Shown here: positions 1 through 12,500 of the stretch, piece by piece | Position numbering within the stretch: the first letter of the stretch is position 1 | Layout: every line of letters starts with the position of its first letter | Origin: Ptychomitrium polyphyllum | Taxonomy: Eukaryota | Assembly: GCA_973851085.1 (NCBI GenBank) | Contig: OZ316776.1 | Span: 4,960,001 to 5,024,000, forward strand | Direction of reading: 5' to 3' | Length of the DNA: 64,000 nt | Translations under genes and position numbers: made by a program | Notes under the pieces: model-generated | Seen by the model: the letters and a program-made list of their open reading frames with translations, nothing else | The model's database searches: none | What the model was told of the DNA's origin: nothing

Positions 1-2360
1 CAACTTGCTAAAGCGATCTACCATCACAAAGATGGCATCATGCCCTTGCGATTCCAAAAGACTTGTGATAAAGTCCATGGACACGCTATGCTATAGACCC
101 GACGGAGTTGGCAAAGGTTGTAGTAGACTGGCTTGCTTTTGGTAAGAGGCTCTATTGAGTTGGCACTTCATACAAGTTTTCACAAAGTCGGTGATGTCCG
201 CTTTTATGCCCAACCAATAGTACCTTCTTGACATCGCTGCTATGGTGGTTTTTTCCCTTCTATGGCCGGCTATGGGACTATCATGTTCTTCTTTCAAAAC
301 CAACAACCGTAGTATTCCATGAGGCACATACATCCGACTTTGTTTGTACTTGAGCAATCCCTTCTCCAACTTAATTTCCTTAAGTTTCTTATCCTTCTTA
401 AGCTCATCGAGAAGCCTTTGTGCTTCGGAGTCCTCAATGTACCCCTCCCTTATCTTCATTTCCAAATTGCCTTCTCCCTTGTACATTACTTGCTAGACTT
501 GGGTTGTGTCCATCGCTTGCAACTCCTCCCGCCTACTTAGAGCATCCGGCACTACATTGTCATGCCCCGGCTTATGAATCAAATCCACATTCATGAGTCC
601 CAAGGTGTCGTGCCACCTCAATTGTTTTGCACTCATTTGTGCCTGCGACTCAAAGTACTTCAAGGACACGTTGTCCGTGTAGACTTTGGTTTTATGTAGG
701 CCCAAGTAGTGCCGCCATGTTTTCAAATAATGCACTATGGCAAAGAGTTCTTTCTCGTGCGTGGGCCACCTCTTTTGGCACCCATCCAACTTCTTGCTCT
801 CATAGGCAATTGGCATGCCTTCTTGCATGAGCACTCCGCCAATGGCAAAGTCACTTGCATTCGTATGGACCTCAAAGGGCTTTTCAAACTCGGGAAACTT
901 CAATACCGGCGGTTGTGACAACTTGTCCTTGAATTCCTTAAAAGCTTGCTAATAAAATTCATCCCATATTTGGCTAGCTCCTTTCTTCAACAAGTCGGAC
1001 AAAGGTCTAGCAATTTTGGAGAAGTTGCGTATGAACCTCTTATAATAATTTGCTAGGCCAAGAAATGATCTGAGCTCCTTTTGTATAGAAGGTTGTTTCT
1101 ACTCTCTAATTGCCTTTATCTTCCTTATGTCCGGCTTGATTCCATCATCCGTCACTATATGGCCCATGAACTCAATCTCAAGTTGAGCAAACTCATTCTT
1201 TTCTCCGTTGGCATAAAGCTTGTGGTCCCTAAGTTTTTGAAGCACCACTTCAAGGTGCCTTGCATGTTCTTCCACTGACTTGGAGTACACCAAGATGTCA
1301 TCAATGTAGACAATGACAAAGTCATCCATCTCTTCTCAAAAGATGGTATTCATGAGGTTCGTGAACGTCGAAGGAGCATTACACAACCCAAATGGCATCA
1401 CCAAAAATTCATAAGACCCATACTTAGTGCGGCATGCGGTCTTTAGCACATCTTCATCCGCAATGCGGATTTGATAATAGCCCGACTTCAAGTCTATCCG
1501 ACTAAAGTATTTAGCTCCCGCCAATCTATTAAAGAGGTTTTCAATCCAACGCAAAGGATAGTTGTTCTTGGTAGTGGCTTTATTCAAGGCTCTATAGTCA
1601 ACACACATGCAGAGCTTGCCATCCTTTTTGTCCACGAAGAGGACTGGAGCTCCATATGGCGACTTACTTGGCCTAAGATAGCTTCTTTCCAACAAGTCAT
1701 TCAATTGCTTCTTCAATTCTTCTAGCTCTTTTTGATTCAATTGGTATGGAGCCTTTGAAAGGGGCTCCATTCTCGATATCACTTCAATTTTGTGATCCAC
1801 TTCTCTTCTTGGCGGTAACTCTGCGGATAGTTCATTGGTGAATACATCCTTGTAACTATTTAGTACATTTTGAATGCACTTGGGAATAGCCCTAATCTCC
1901 TTGGCACTTGGCCTATTCCCCTCTTCTTGCTCCATTTGCATCACAACCACGAATTGATTATTCTCTAATTGTTCTAAGGAGACTAAGTTCAACTTTCCTC
2001 CCGCAACTATAGGAGTCCTAATCAACTTCAATATTGCTTCTTTTCCACCACGACGTACTACTAACCGTGCAGGCTTTTGCTTCACATCCACCACATGAGA
2101 TTCGCAAAAGGTATCACTTAAAATGAGGTCTACCTCATCCATCTCACATAGTGTAAAATTTTCCTTCAACTCCAATGTCCCACTACTTACGGCCACATCC
2201 AACACCACCTCCTTTGTCTTGTACGGTTTGCCTTTTGCAAATTGCACGTTAATGGGCTTGCTAGCTTTTTGAGCCGACAAGTTCAACTCCCTTGCTAGCT
2301 TGGGACTCATGAAGGAATGCGTTGCCCCTTGTCAATCAAATATGAGACATTTTTACCATT
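1..2360 (-). pseudogene. Element A pol (PR-RT-RNaseH-IN), broken into several ORFs
   Basis: ORFs 1336-2310 (PR/RT), 1099-1329 (RT YIDD), 493-921 (RNase H) and 91-486 (integrase N-terminus) are separated by frameshifts or stops. Confidence 0.92.
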
Positions 2361-3633
2361 TATTTGGGCCTCAAGGTATAAGAGACTCAACCTTGGCTTA
2401 AGGCTACTAGCCTTGGCCACAAATCCACCTTCTAAAATGTGATCCACAATACAAGTGTGACAAGCTTTGGTACTCACCTTTTTATCGGGGCACTCCGCAA
2501 TGAAGTGACCAATCTTGCCACACCCATGGCAATGCTTGTGCTTCACCTCAGCACTCTTATTTCCCAATTTGAATGGTTTTCTCTCATGATGGTCCACTTT
2601 GTTGTAGGCCCTTCCATCCACTTGTCCCTTGTATTTGTTTCCAAAGCCAAATTTCTTGCGTTCTCCGCCGCGAGATACATTTTGGCTCAATCCACTTTGG
2701 TGAGAGGGACCACTTGATTTTCTTTCGGGTCCGTCAGCTTCAATTCTTTCCGCAATCTTAATAATTCCCGCCACATCTTCCGGAAGCTTTGGGAATTTGA
2801 ATAAGGCGTCTACCACCCATTTTTGAAGCCCACCCAAAAAGATGCATTTCTTTGAGAACTCATCCATTTTGAATGTGGCATTCATTTGGGCGTTGAAATC
2901 TTGCACATAAGTCTTGAGGGATCCAGAGTGCCTCATTTGCACCAAGTTCATGCCCTCCCTCAACTCTTGGTATTCCGGAGTGAAGCATTCATTCAAAATC
3001 TCTTTAAAACCGCCCCAAGATAAAGTCGCCACCAACTCCGGCTCTTGCTCCTTTTTACTTGTCCACCATTGAAGAACATGGTCCTTTAGAAAGGTCACCG
3101 CAATTGAAACCTTGTTCCCTTTGTTCGGCTTTTGAACATCATAATAGTTGTCAATTTCCAAACAAAACTCCTTCACCTTTCTTGCTTTACCTAGCCCAGA
3201 AAAAGTGCTTGGCATGTTCACCTAGGCCTACTTCTTGGTTGAAGATGTGGACTTAGAATCTTGTGCCATCAAGTGCTCAATCAACCTTTCTTGACGGGCC
3301 CTTTCTTCTTTACCACGCTTAAGTTCTTGGTTCACACCGTCCATGAACTCAAGCATTTTCATGCAAAAACTCAAGTCAGGGTCCTAATATTCTAGGCCCT
3401 CAGGTGGTTTAGGAATCCTAGCTCCTGAGTACTCTCCACCCTCCAATGCTTTGTCTTGTTGAGTTTTTGTAACTTCCTTGGTGACTCCAATGTCATCCCC
3501 TTGCCCATTGGAATTAAAGGATGGAGCTTCATTAATCAAATTGGGGTCTTTGTTCACCTTTGTGTGTAGTCGTTTACTTGTCCCGGGCTTTCTGCCATCA
3601 CCGGCCTTCTTCTTACCCAATGCCTCTTTGCAA
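2307..3633 (-). pseudogene. Element A gag
   Basis: ORF 2307-3221 has a retrotransposon gag core (LQWW...WGGFKEILNECFTP) and a zinc knuckle. Upstream pieces extend to the insertion site of element B. Confidence 0.85.
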
Positions 3634-3638
3634 TGTAG

Positions 3639-4300
3639 TGTCACGGACATAGATCATGCAATATAGTTCTTAGAACATTCTAGAACCTTCTAGTATACTA
3701 TAATAGCTTCTTAGAATACTTTTAGTTGTGTCATAGTCTTTTCATGTTCTTAGTAAGCTTCCCAGGAAAGTTCCCCCACCTTAGGAAACTTCCTAAGAAT
3801 GTTCCATCATCTTTTGAAACTTCCTAGGAATGTTCTATCATTGTAGGAAACATCCTAAGAAGGTTCCATCATCTTAGGAAACTTCCTAGGAAGGTTCCAT
3901 CATCTTATAAACTTCCTAGGAAGGTTCAATTTCCTTAGGAAACTTCCTAGGAAGGTTCTGTTACTTTAGGAAACTTCCAAGGAAGGTTCCAACTCCTTAG
4001 AAGACTCTTAGGAAGGTTCCAACAGCTTAGAAAACTTCTTAGGAAGGTTCCCCAGACTTCCAGAACATTCTTAAGCCTTATAGATAGCTTCTTTAGGAGT
4101 ATCCCAGGAAATACAAGCGTCATAGTTTAAATAGGAGGCAAGACAAGGTATTCCTTAGTCTTGCCAACACAGGTTGTAGATCATCTTGAATCCTGCCTTG
4201 TTCTAGTCTTTGTATCAAGTTCTTGTTAATCATTAGCTCTTTGGAAGCTAATTCTTGGGAAACACTTCGTTTTTGCTTCTTGTTTCTTATGTCCAGAACA
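3639..4300 (+). repeat. 5' LTR of element B
   Basis: Direct repeat of 15108-15721 with TG...CA termini. Contains an internal array of ~31-32-bp units (ttaggaaacttcctaggaaggttccatcatc) and a TATA-like site at ~4126-4133. Confidence 0.95.
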
Positions 4301-4489
4301 ATTTGGAAAGACTACTTTTCATCTTTGTCAGAGCTAAGGTTCTTTGAAGAAGATTGTGGATTACCATCTTTTTGAGGATTTCATAGCGTCTTAGAGGTTG
4401 CGGATTACCTTCCTCTAAGTTGGCACCATAAAGTTGGTTTCTCCTTCTAAAACTAAGTATTACTTCTTTCAAAGGACGTGGATTTTCCT

Positions 4490-5548
4490 CCTTTGAAGGT
4501 ACTCATAGTCTTTCTGTCTTTGAGAGTCTTGAGAAATGGATAACGTGCCTGGAACATTAGAGAATAGGTTTGCAACTATTGCAGACCTCCAAGAGTTATT
4601 AAACGCAATTTGAACGGAACACGCCCATTTTAATACCACCAACAATTTGGAGCAGCATACTCGGCAAGCTGAAGAATCCAATGGTGATATTCAAAGCCTA
4701 TATCAAGAGGTTGTTCGATTGTGAGAGGCCAATATTAGAAGGGAAGGCTTACGTAAAATCCATGCAGAGCCAAAGATTAGCATGCCAGACAAGTTCAATG
4801 GATCAAGATCGAAATTGAGAGGCTTTGTTCAACAAATAAGACTCTTCCTTAATTTGCATCAATCTCGCTATCCTGATGGCACAACTCAAGTGGGATTTGT
4901 GGCCACTCTTTTATCAAACAATGCACTATCGTGGTTTGCACCACTAATGGAGAAGCAGTCACCATTATTGAACAACTTAGATGCTTTTATAGAAGCATTG
5001 ATATCTACTTTTGGAGACACCGACCGAGAGAGGGTGGCTGAAACAAGGATCCAGAGTCTCCAACAAGGACAGTGCTTAGCTGCTACATATGTTGCAGAGT
5101 TTTGACAATTAGCTTGCGACCTTGATTGGAATGATAAAGCCTTGGTCACACAATTTCGATGGGGCTTAAGAATGAATGTAAAGGACTTGCTATTCACAAT
5201 GCCAAGAGTTGAAACATTAGATGAATTCATCACTTAAGCAATAGCATGTGACAACAGACTATCTGAGAGGCATCAAGAACAACGCTTGGGATGGCGACCA
5301 GTATATCAAAGCATGGCTACCACTTCTTCAAGAATATTGGAAAGCCGACCACAAGGACCAGAACCTATGCAAATTGATGCTGCCCAGTTCAGACGTTTGA
5401 CTCCAGAAGAAAAAGAAAGGCGTCGAAGAGAAACTTATGTTTGTATTGTGGCAAATCTAGACATTAAGTGCGCGATTGCAAAATCAAAGGATCTGCCTTT
5501 AAGGCTCAGATTACAATGGTGGAAAACGAGGCTATGCAGTCACAGTAG
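4490..5548 (+). pseudogene. Element B gag
   Basis: Has the PKISMPDKFNGSRSKLRGF motif (PEG10/sushi-like gag), GPEPMQID, and a degraded CLYCG knuckle. Contains in-frame stops. The start is approximate. Confidence 0.88.
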
Positions 5549-8500
5549 AGACCATGCGACTGGACACCACAAGGAAACCACCTCTAAATCAAGGTCTCTT
5601 ACTACCTTCAAGCCCTACCTCTTGTTTTACATTTCCTATCAAAATTAAATTGTTAGATGATGAAATATTTAGTGAGATTCTCTTAGACACTGGTGCAACG
5701 GCATGTTTTTATGGACAAGAGTTTTGGAACCAAACATTACATGGTGCTTGTGAAAAAAAAATATCCTGCACCTATTGAAGTTATTGATGGACAATCTCTT
5801 GCGTCTGACAACGTTATTAAAGAAACTCAACCCTTGGAGGTTGTTTTAGGAGACCAGGCATCTAAAATTGTCTTCAACATCATTCAATGCCGAACAAATC
5901 CTATTGTTTTGGGCCTTCCTTGGTTTGAATTACATAATCCAGACATTGACTGGCGCTCACGGAGTGTGGTTTCAAGGAAAAGACGCAAAGTACGAGAAAT
6001 CTTGAACCATCATTTATTGAAGTTAAGACATTTATGAGAGCGGCAAAGGATGAACCAATCTATGCCATTTATGCCACGCCAATGTCTAGCTCAACAATAG
6101 AGACTAATCAAAACATACCTTGTTAATATCAAGATTATAAAGACGTTTTTGAAAAGAAGAATGCGGACATGTTACCAAAGCACCGGCCCTACGATTGTAC
6201 CATTGAGTTGCAAGAAAGAGCCCAACTACCTTTTGGACCTATTTATAACTTATCACAAACTAAGTTGGCTGCCTTGAGAGAATATATTGATGAAAACCTT
6301 GGAAAGGGTTTCATTCAACACCCTAAATCACCTGCTAGAGCACCCATTCTATTTGTAAAGAAGAAAGATGGATCATTACGTATGTGCGTGGATTATCGAG
6401 GCTTCAATAAAGTAACAAAAAAGAATCGCTATCCATTACCATTAATCTCAAGACTCCTACAACAACTTGGCCAAGCAAAGATATTCACCAAAATTGATCT
6501 TAGTAGAGCCTATAATATTGTACGCATCAAAGAACGAGACGAATGGAAGACAGCTTTTTGATCTAGGTATGGCCATTTTGAATACAATGTCATGCCTTTT
6601 GGCCTTACTAATGCTCCCGCAGTCTTCCAACATATGATGAATGATATCTTCTATGAACATCTGGATGATTTTGTAGTCATCTACTTAGATGATATTTTGA
6701 TATATTCAAAGGATGAACAAGACCACGAATGTCATGTGCAAATGGTTTTAGAAAAACTACGCCAGCGAGGATTATATGCCAAATTGGAGAAGTGCCTTTT
6801 CCATGAATCATCGGTTGAATTTTTAGGCTACATCATTTCCAAAGGAGGAATCCATATGGATAAGAAGAAAATAAGCATTGTCATGGAGTGGAGTATGCCA
6901 AGATCAATTCGAGATGTTGAATGCTTCTTGGAATTTGCAAACTTTTATAGAGTATTCATAAGGAATTATTCCAATATTGCGGCACCATAAACACGTCTTA
7001 CGGGGAAGCAAAAATTCATTTGGAATGAAGAGGCGGAAAAAACATTTCAAAGTCTTAAGAAGTCATTTGCTTGGCTCCAATTCTTATTCATCTAAATCCA
7101 TCAAAGCCTTTTTATTTGGAAGCGAATGCCTCTGATTTTGCGCTTGGCTCAGTACTCTCACAATATGATGAAGAAGGGAGAGTTCACCCTCTTGCCTTTC
7201 GTTCAAGGAAGTTCTCAGCGGCAAAGATCAACTATGATATACATGATAAATGACTACTTGCAATTGTGGATGCGTTTGAAGAATGGCGACACTTATTGGA
7301 AGGAGCTCAATATACCATCACGATATACACTGACCACAAGAACTTGGAGTATTTCATGAGTGCGCGCGTTTTGAATCGCCGTCAAGCAAGGTGGAATATG
7401 TTGCTTTTCAGATTTGACTTTGTCATTACCTATCGATCTGATAGCTTGCAAGGTAAGCCAAATGCCATATCTCGGAGATCTTATTTAGCTCCTTAACCTG
7501 GAGATGATGTTTTGAATCAAAAAAGGATTATTTTATTGTAACCTGAGAATCTTCAACTGAAAGCAACCATTATTACGACAACATCCCATTTTGACGAAAT
7601 TCAGAAGGCTTTGAAGAATGACGTTTTTGTTTCAACCATAAAGAAGCGCCTCAAAGACAATGGAAATCCTTCAAATAGCAATGAGGATTTTGAATTCCAA
7701 GAGGGCCTACTTTATTATAAAGGACTTTTGTACCTACCTCCAGGCCCTTTGCGGTTGAAGATCCTTCAAGTACGTCATGATTTTCCAGCAGCACGATATT
7801 TTGGATTCAATAAAACAATGGAATTGATTGCAAGAGACTTTTGGTGGCTACAAATGTGGAAGTACGTAAAAGATTTTGTTCGATCATGCGACACTTGTGC
7901 AAGAGCCAAGGTACCAAGGCACCAACCTCATGGTCTCCTCCATCCGCTTCCAGTGCAAAAAGGCCCATGGTTGTCTTTATTAATGGAATTTATCACGGAC
8001 CTTCTAAACTCTGATTCTAAGGATTGTTTTTTGGTAGTGGTAGATTGATTTATCAAAATGGCACATTTCATTCCATGCAATAAGACGGTAACGGGAGAAG
8101 AAACTGCCAAGTTGTTCCTAAATCACATCTACCGCATACATGGACTACCAAATGATATTGTATCCGATCAAAGGCCTTAGTTCATTTCCAACTTTTGGAG
8201 GGCTCTACTCCAGTTGTTGCGTGTAAAGATCAATCTTTCTTTAGCACACCATCCGCAAACTGATGGCCAAACCAAACATGTAAATCAAATTTTGGAACAG
8301 TACCTTTGTTATAGCACAAACTACCAGCAAGACAACTGGATGGACCTCTTGCCTTTGGCTGAATTTTCTTACATTAATACGGTGCATTTTTCAATAATTC
8401 AAAGTCCATTCTTTGCAAACTATGGGCATCATCCTCGAACAGATCCATTTCAAGTGAAGCATGTTGGAAGTCTTGCAGCAGAGGATTTTGCAACTCAACT

Positions 8501-9032
8501 TGCTAAAATCCAGCAAGAAATTATCTTTCAGTTACAACAAGCTCAAGATCATTACAAAACTTATGTAGATCGCCATCAAAAGGACCATCTTAAGTTCAAG
8601 GTTGGAGATAGTGTATGGCTCCTACGACAAAATATACAAACAAAAAGACCATAAAAGAAGTTGGACTATCAAAGGTTGGGACCTTTTAAAATCAGCAAAC
8701 AAATAAATCCGGTTAGTTATTGCCTAAAGCTACCACCAAGCATGCAAATTCATCCAGTGTTCCACGTATCGTTATTGGAAACCTTTAACAAATCATGTAT
8801 ATCAGAGAAAATTGTCCTTCCACTTCCTCCATTGGAAATCAATAATGAAATTGAATATAAAGTGGAAGAAATCTTAGATTCACGCATCAAGAACGGACGT
8901 GTGGATTACCTTATACATTGGCAAGGATATGGCATCAATGACTAAACATGGGAACCTTCAACAAATGTAACAAATGCATCCGAGAAGGTATGCGAATTTC
9001 ATCAAAGATATCCTGAAAAACTAGGTCAATGA
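5521..9032 (+). pseudogene. Element B pol (PR-RT-RH-IN-chromodomain)
   Basis: Motifs in order: LLDTGAT protease, YLDDILIYS RT, RNase H, integrase (HHPQTDGQT; GPF motif), and a chromodomain (EYKVEEILDSR...YLIHWQGY...TWEP) at ~8850-9030. Many stops and frameshifts. Confidence 0.93.
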
Positions 9033-9038
9033 TGACGT

Positions 9039-9522
9039 TATTGAAGTCACTAGAAGTAGAGAAGAAGATTGCACAAGCATAGAACCACACAAAGTAGTAC
9101 AAACATTGCTTGTGAGTGAAGTATTGCCTTTTCTCGAAGGCTTTTACTTATACTACCACATAGTGACGTCTCAAGCACCTTTTAACGTCTTTCTCAAGTA
9201 TCTTGCAAGTAGCTTTCCAAAGCCACTTACAAATTCCTTTATGTCTCAAGCACCTTTTAAGGTCCTTCTCAAGTATCTTACAAGTAGCTTTCCAAAGTCA
9301 CTTGCAAGTTCCTTTATGCCAACTCATACACCCATTTGTCCTTGCCTTTCCATGCAAGACATGTGGATTGGTTCTACCACGTTGATTGTGTACCATATAT
9401 GTACCTCTTAAGTGGCTTTCACCTCTTTCCCTTTTCTCTCCATTTTCTCTCTTTCTATATTTACCACAATACAATATTATTTACACCACCGTAAATACTA
9501 CGAGCAACTCTAATCTCCAACA
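9039..9522 (-). repeat. 3' LTR of copia C
   Basis: Direct repeat of 14215-14622, with an extra ~75-bp internal duplication. Confidence 0.95.
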
Positions 9523-12500
9523 CTCTCACTTTGCGAGTAGTAACCTTCTTGCAATCCCATTTCCTTTGCCAACCGTTGATGCCAATCCTTCGCGAGTGCC
9601 TTTGTTAACACGTCAGCAACCATGTCTTCCGTCGGGCAATACTTCAAGCTTATCTCGCCGCTCTCCAGCTTCTTGCGAATGAAGTAGTGTTGCACATCGA
9701 TGTACTTCGTGCGTGAGTGGTGTGTGGGGTTCTTTGTAAGTGGAATGCATCCTTGGTTGTCGCATATGATGGTTGTGGCATCTTCTTGCACAAACCCCAC
9801 ATCCGCCAAAAGCTCTCAAAGCCAAATGGCCTCCTTGGTACTTTGGCTAGTAGCCATGTATTCCGCCTCTATTGTAGACAACGCAATTGTAGGTTGCCTC
9901 CTACAATTCCACAAGATCGCACCAACTCCAGCAAAAAACACGTATCCGGTTGTTGAACGACGCTCGTTTGCATCTCCGGCCCAATTCGCATCGCAATACC
10001 CCCTCAAGGCAAGCTCCTTACCACCAAAGCACAACTTGTCGTCCATGGTACTTTGCAAGTACTGCATGATGCACTTCACCGCACTCCAATGTGCCGGACC
10101 GGCCCTAGACATGAATTGGCTCACCATACTCACCGCAAACGCAAGGTCAGCTCGTGTAGCCACCATGGCATACATCAATGAGCCAACACCAGACTTGTAT
10201 GGCACGCCTTCCATCTCACCTTCGATGGCTTCAAACTCCTCCACCAACAACTTCAACAACTTGACATTCACATCAAGCGGCGTACCAATGGGCTTGCACT
10301 CCTCCATGTTGAAGCGCTTGAGCACCTCCTTGATGTACTTCTTTTGGCTCATGGTGATGGTGCATGCCTTGCGATCCCTCTCAAATTCCACTTCTAAGCA
10401 ATACAACAACTCCCCAAGATCACTCATCATAAACTCCGCATTGAGTTTGGCCTTGAGCCATGCCAACTTTGCCAAAAGGCTAGCCAAGATGATCAAGTCG
10501 TCTACATAGATGAGCACTATCAATAAGTACTCACCTGTTTGCTTGATGTACAAGAAATGATCCACTTCGCTTCCTGTGAAGCCCTCCTTGGTGAAGAAGG
10601 AATCAATCCGTTGGTACCATGCTCTTAGTGATTGCTTGAGTCCGTACAACGACTTCTTGAGCTTGCACACAAGATGCTCAAAGCCTTCTCTTCAAATCCT
10701 TGCGGTTGACTCATGTAGATGTCCTCCTCCAACTCGCCATTCAAGAATGCGGTCTTCACATCCATTTGATGGATCTCCAAATCTAACGCCACTCCAAGTG
10801 CAAAGATGCATCAAACGGTGTTGAACTTGGCTACGGGAGCAAAGGTCTCAAGGAAGTCAACTCCCGCAACTTGAAAAAATCCCTTGGCCACCAATCGTGC
10901 CTTGTGGCGTACCACTTCACCCAGAGCGTCTTTCTTCGTACAAAAGACCCACTTGCATCCAACGCTCTTACGACCCTTTGGAAGCGGAGCCAACTTCCAC
11001 GTCTCATTTGCCATGAGTGAGTCATATTCTTTGTGCATGGCCACCTCCCACTTGCTCGCATTTTCCGATCTCATTGCTTTGCCTACATTCAATGGATTGT
11101 CAAGAGTGGCCACATTGGCCTGCTCTTCTTCATGTTATGGCAAGATGTGGTTCTTCCACTACTCTCCAGGTAGACGTTGTTCCCTCGTTGGGTACTGAGG
11201 TTCTTGTCTAGATTTGACTTCTAGGCCTTCACTTCGTGTAGATGTTGGTGAAGGTGCTACATCTTGTTTGTCGTCCACTGACTCTTCCTTCTTAATTTCA
11301 TCATCACTCTCGTGTGAGGGAGTTGGTTTGGAAGATTCGTCCACCAAAACCAACGAAAGCGTATCACTACTCCCACTTGGATTCATCTCCAAACCATGAC
11401 CAACACTAGTGCTATCCTCATTAAACACTACATCACGATTCCTAATGATCTTCCGTGTTTCAACACACATGAGGCAATATGCCTTGGTTCCCTCGCAATA
11501 TCCAAGAAATAAACACTTGGTTCCTTTAGCATCAAGCTTACCCCTCTTTGCATTTGGCACCTTTGCAAATGCAATGCAACCAAACACGCGCATGTGTGCA
11601 ACGCATGACTTGCGGCCATTCCAAGCCTCTTGTAGTGTAACGGTGACAAGTGCCCTTGTAGGACACCGATTACAAATGTATACCGCATTGGACATTGCTT
11701 CCGCCCAAAATGAGAGCTTGAGGCGTTGAGCATGAATCATGCTTCTTGCCATCTCCACAATGGTGCGATTTTTACGCTCCGCCACTCCGTTTTGCTTTGG
11801 CGTGTAAGGTGTTGATGGTTGCCTCTCAATGCCGTGGTTCTTCAAGAAGCATCAAAAGGCCTTGGATATGAACTCCCTACCATTGTCCGACCGGAACGCC
11901 TCGATCTTATGCTCTGATTATGTCTTCGCAAGTGCCTTGAACTCCTTAAACTTCTCAAGGCACTCCCTTTTCGTCTTCAACGTGTACAACCACACCCTCC
12001 TCAAAAAGTCATCAATGAAAGTCACAAAGTACTTTGCACCACCAATGGAGGTGGTCCTCATTGGGCTACACACATCCAAATGCACAATCTCCAAAGATTT
12101 TATAGCACGAGTGCCTCCATCCTTTGGAAATGGTGCTCTATGTTGTTTGCCTTGCACACACCCTTCACAAAACGGTATAGATGATTCATCCTTACCAAGG
12201 GTCATGTCGCTTACCATGCTTGCAAGAAAACGCACACTTCTCACATTCAAATGACCAAGTCGGTGATGCCAAAGCTCCATCGCACCACTCATTGTTGACG
12301 ATTGTGCTATGTTGGCCGCATCCGCCTCATGCACCTTTGTGAAGGTGACTTGGTACAAGTTGTCTTGACGAGGGGCTACCGCAAGTACATCGCCATTTGG
12401 TGCCCTCAATGTGCATCCATGCACATTGAATTGCACCTTCAACCCACTTGACACAAGCTTGCTCACCGAGAGCAAGTTTGCTTGCAACTTGGGCATGTGG

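Noticed and set aside
3760..4071. Palindromic ~31-bp repeats as a CRISPR-like array
   Set aside because: There are no unique spacers, the repeats lie inside an LTR present twice, and the context is eukaryotic.
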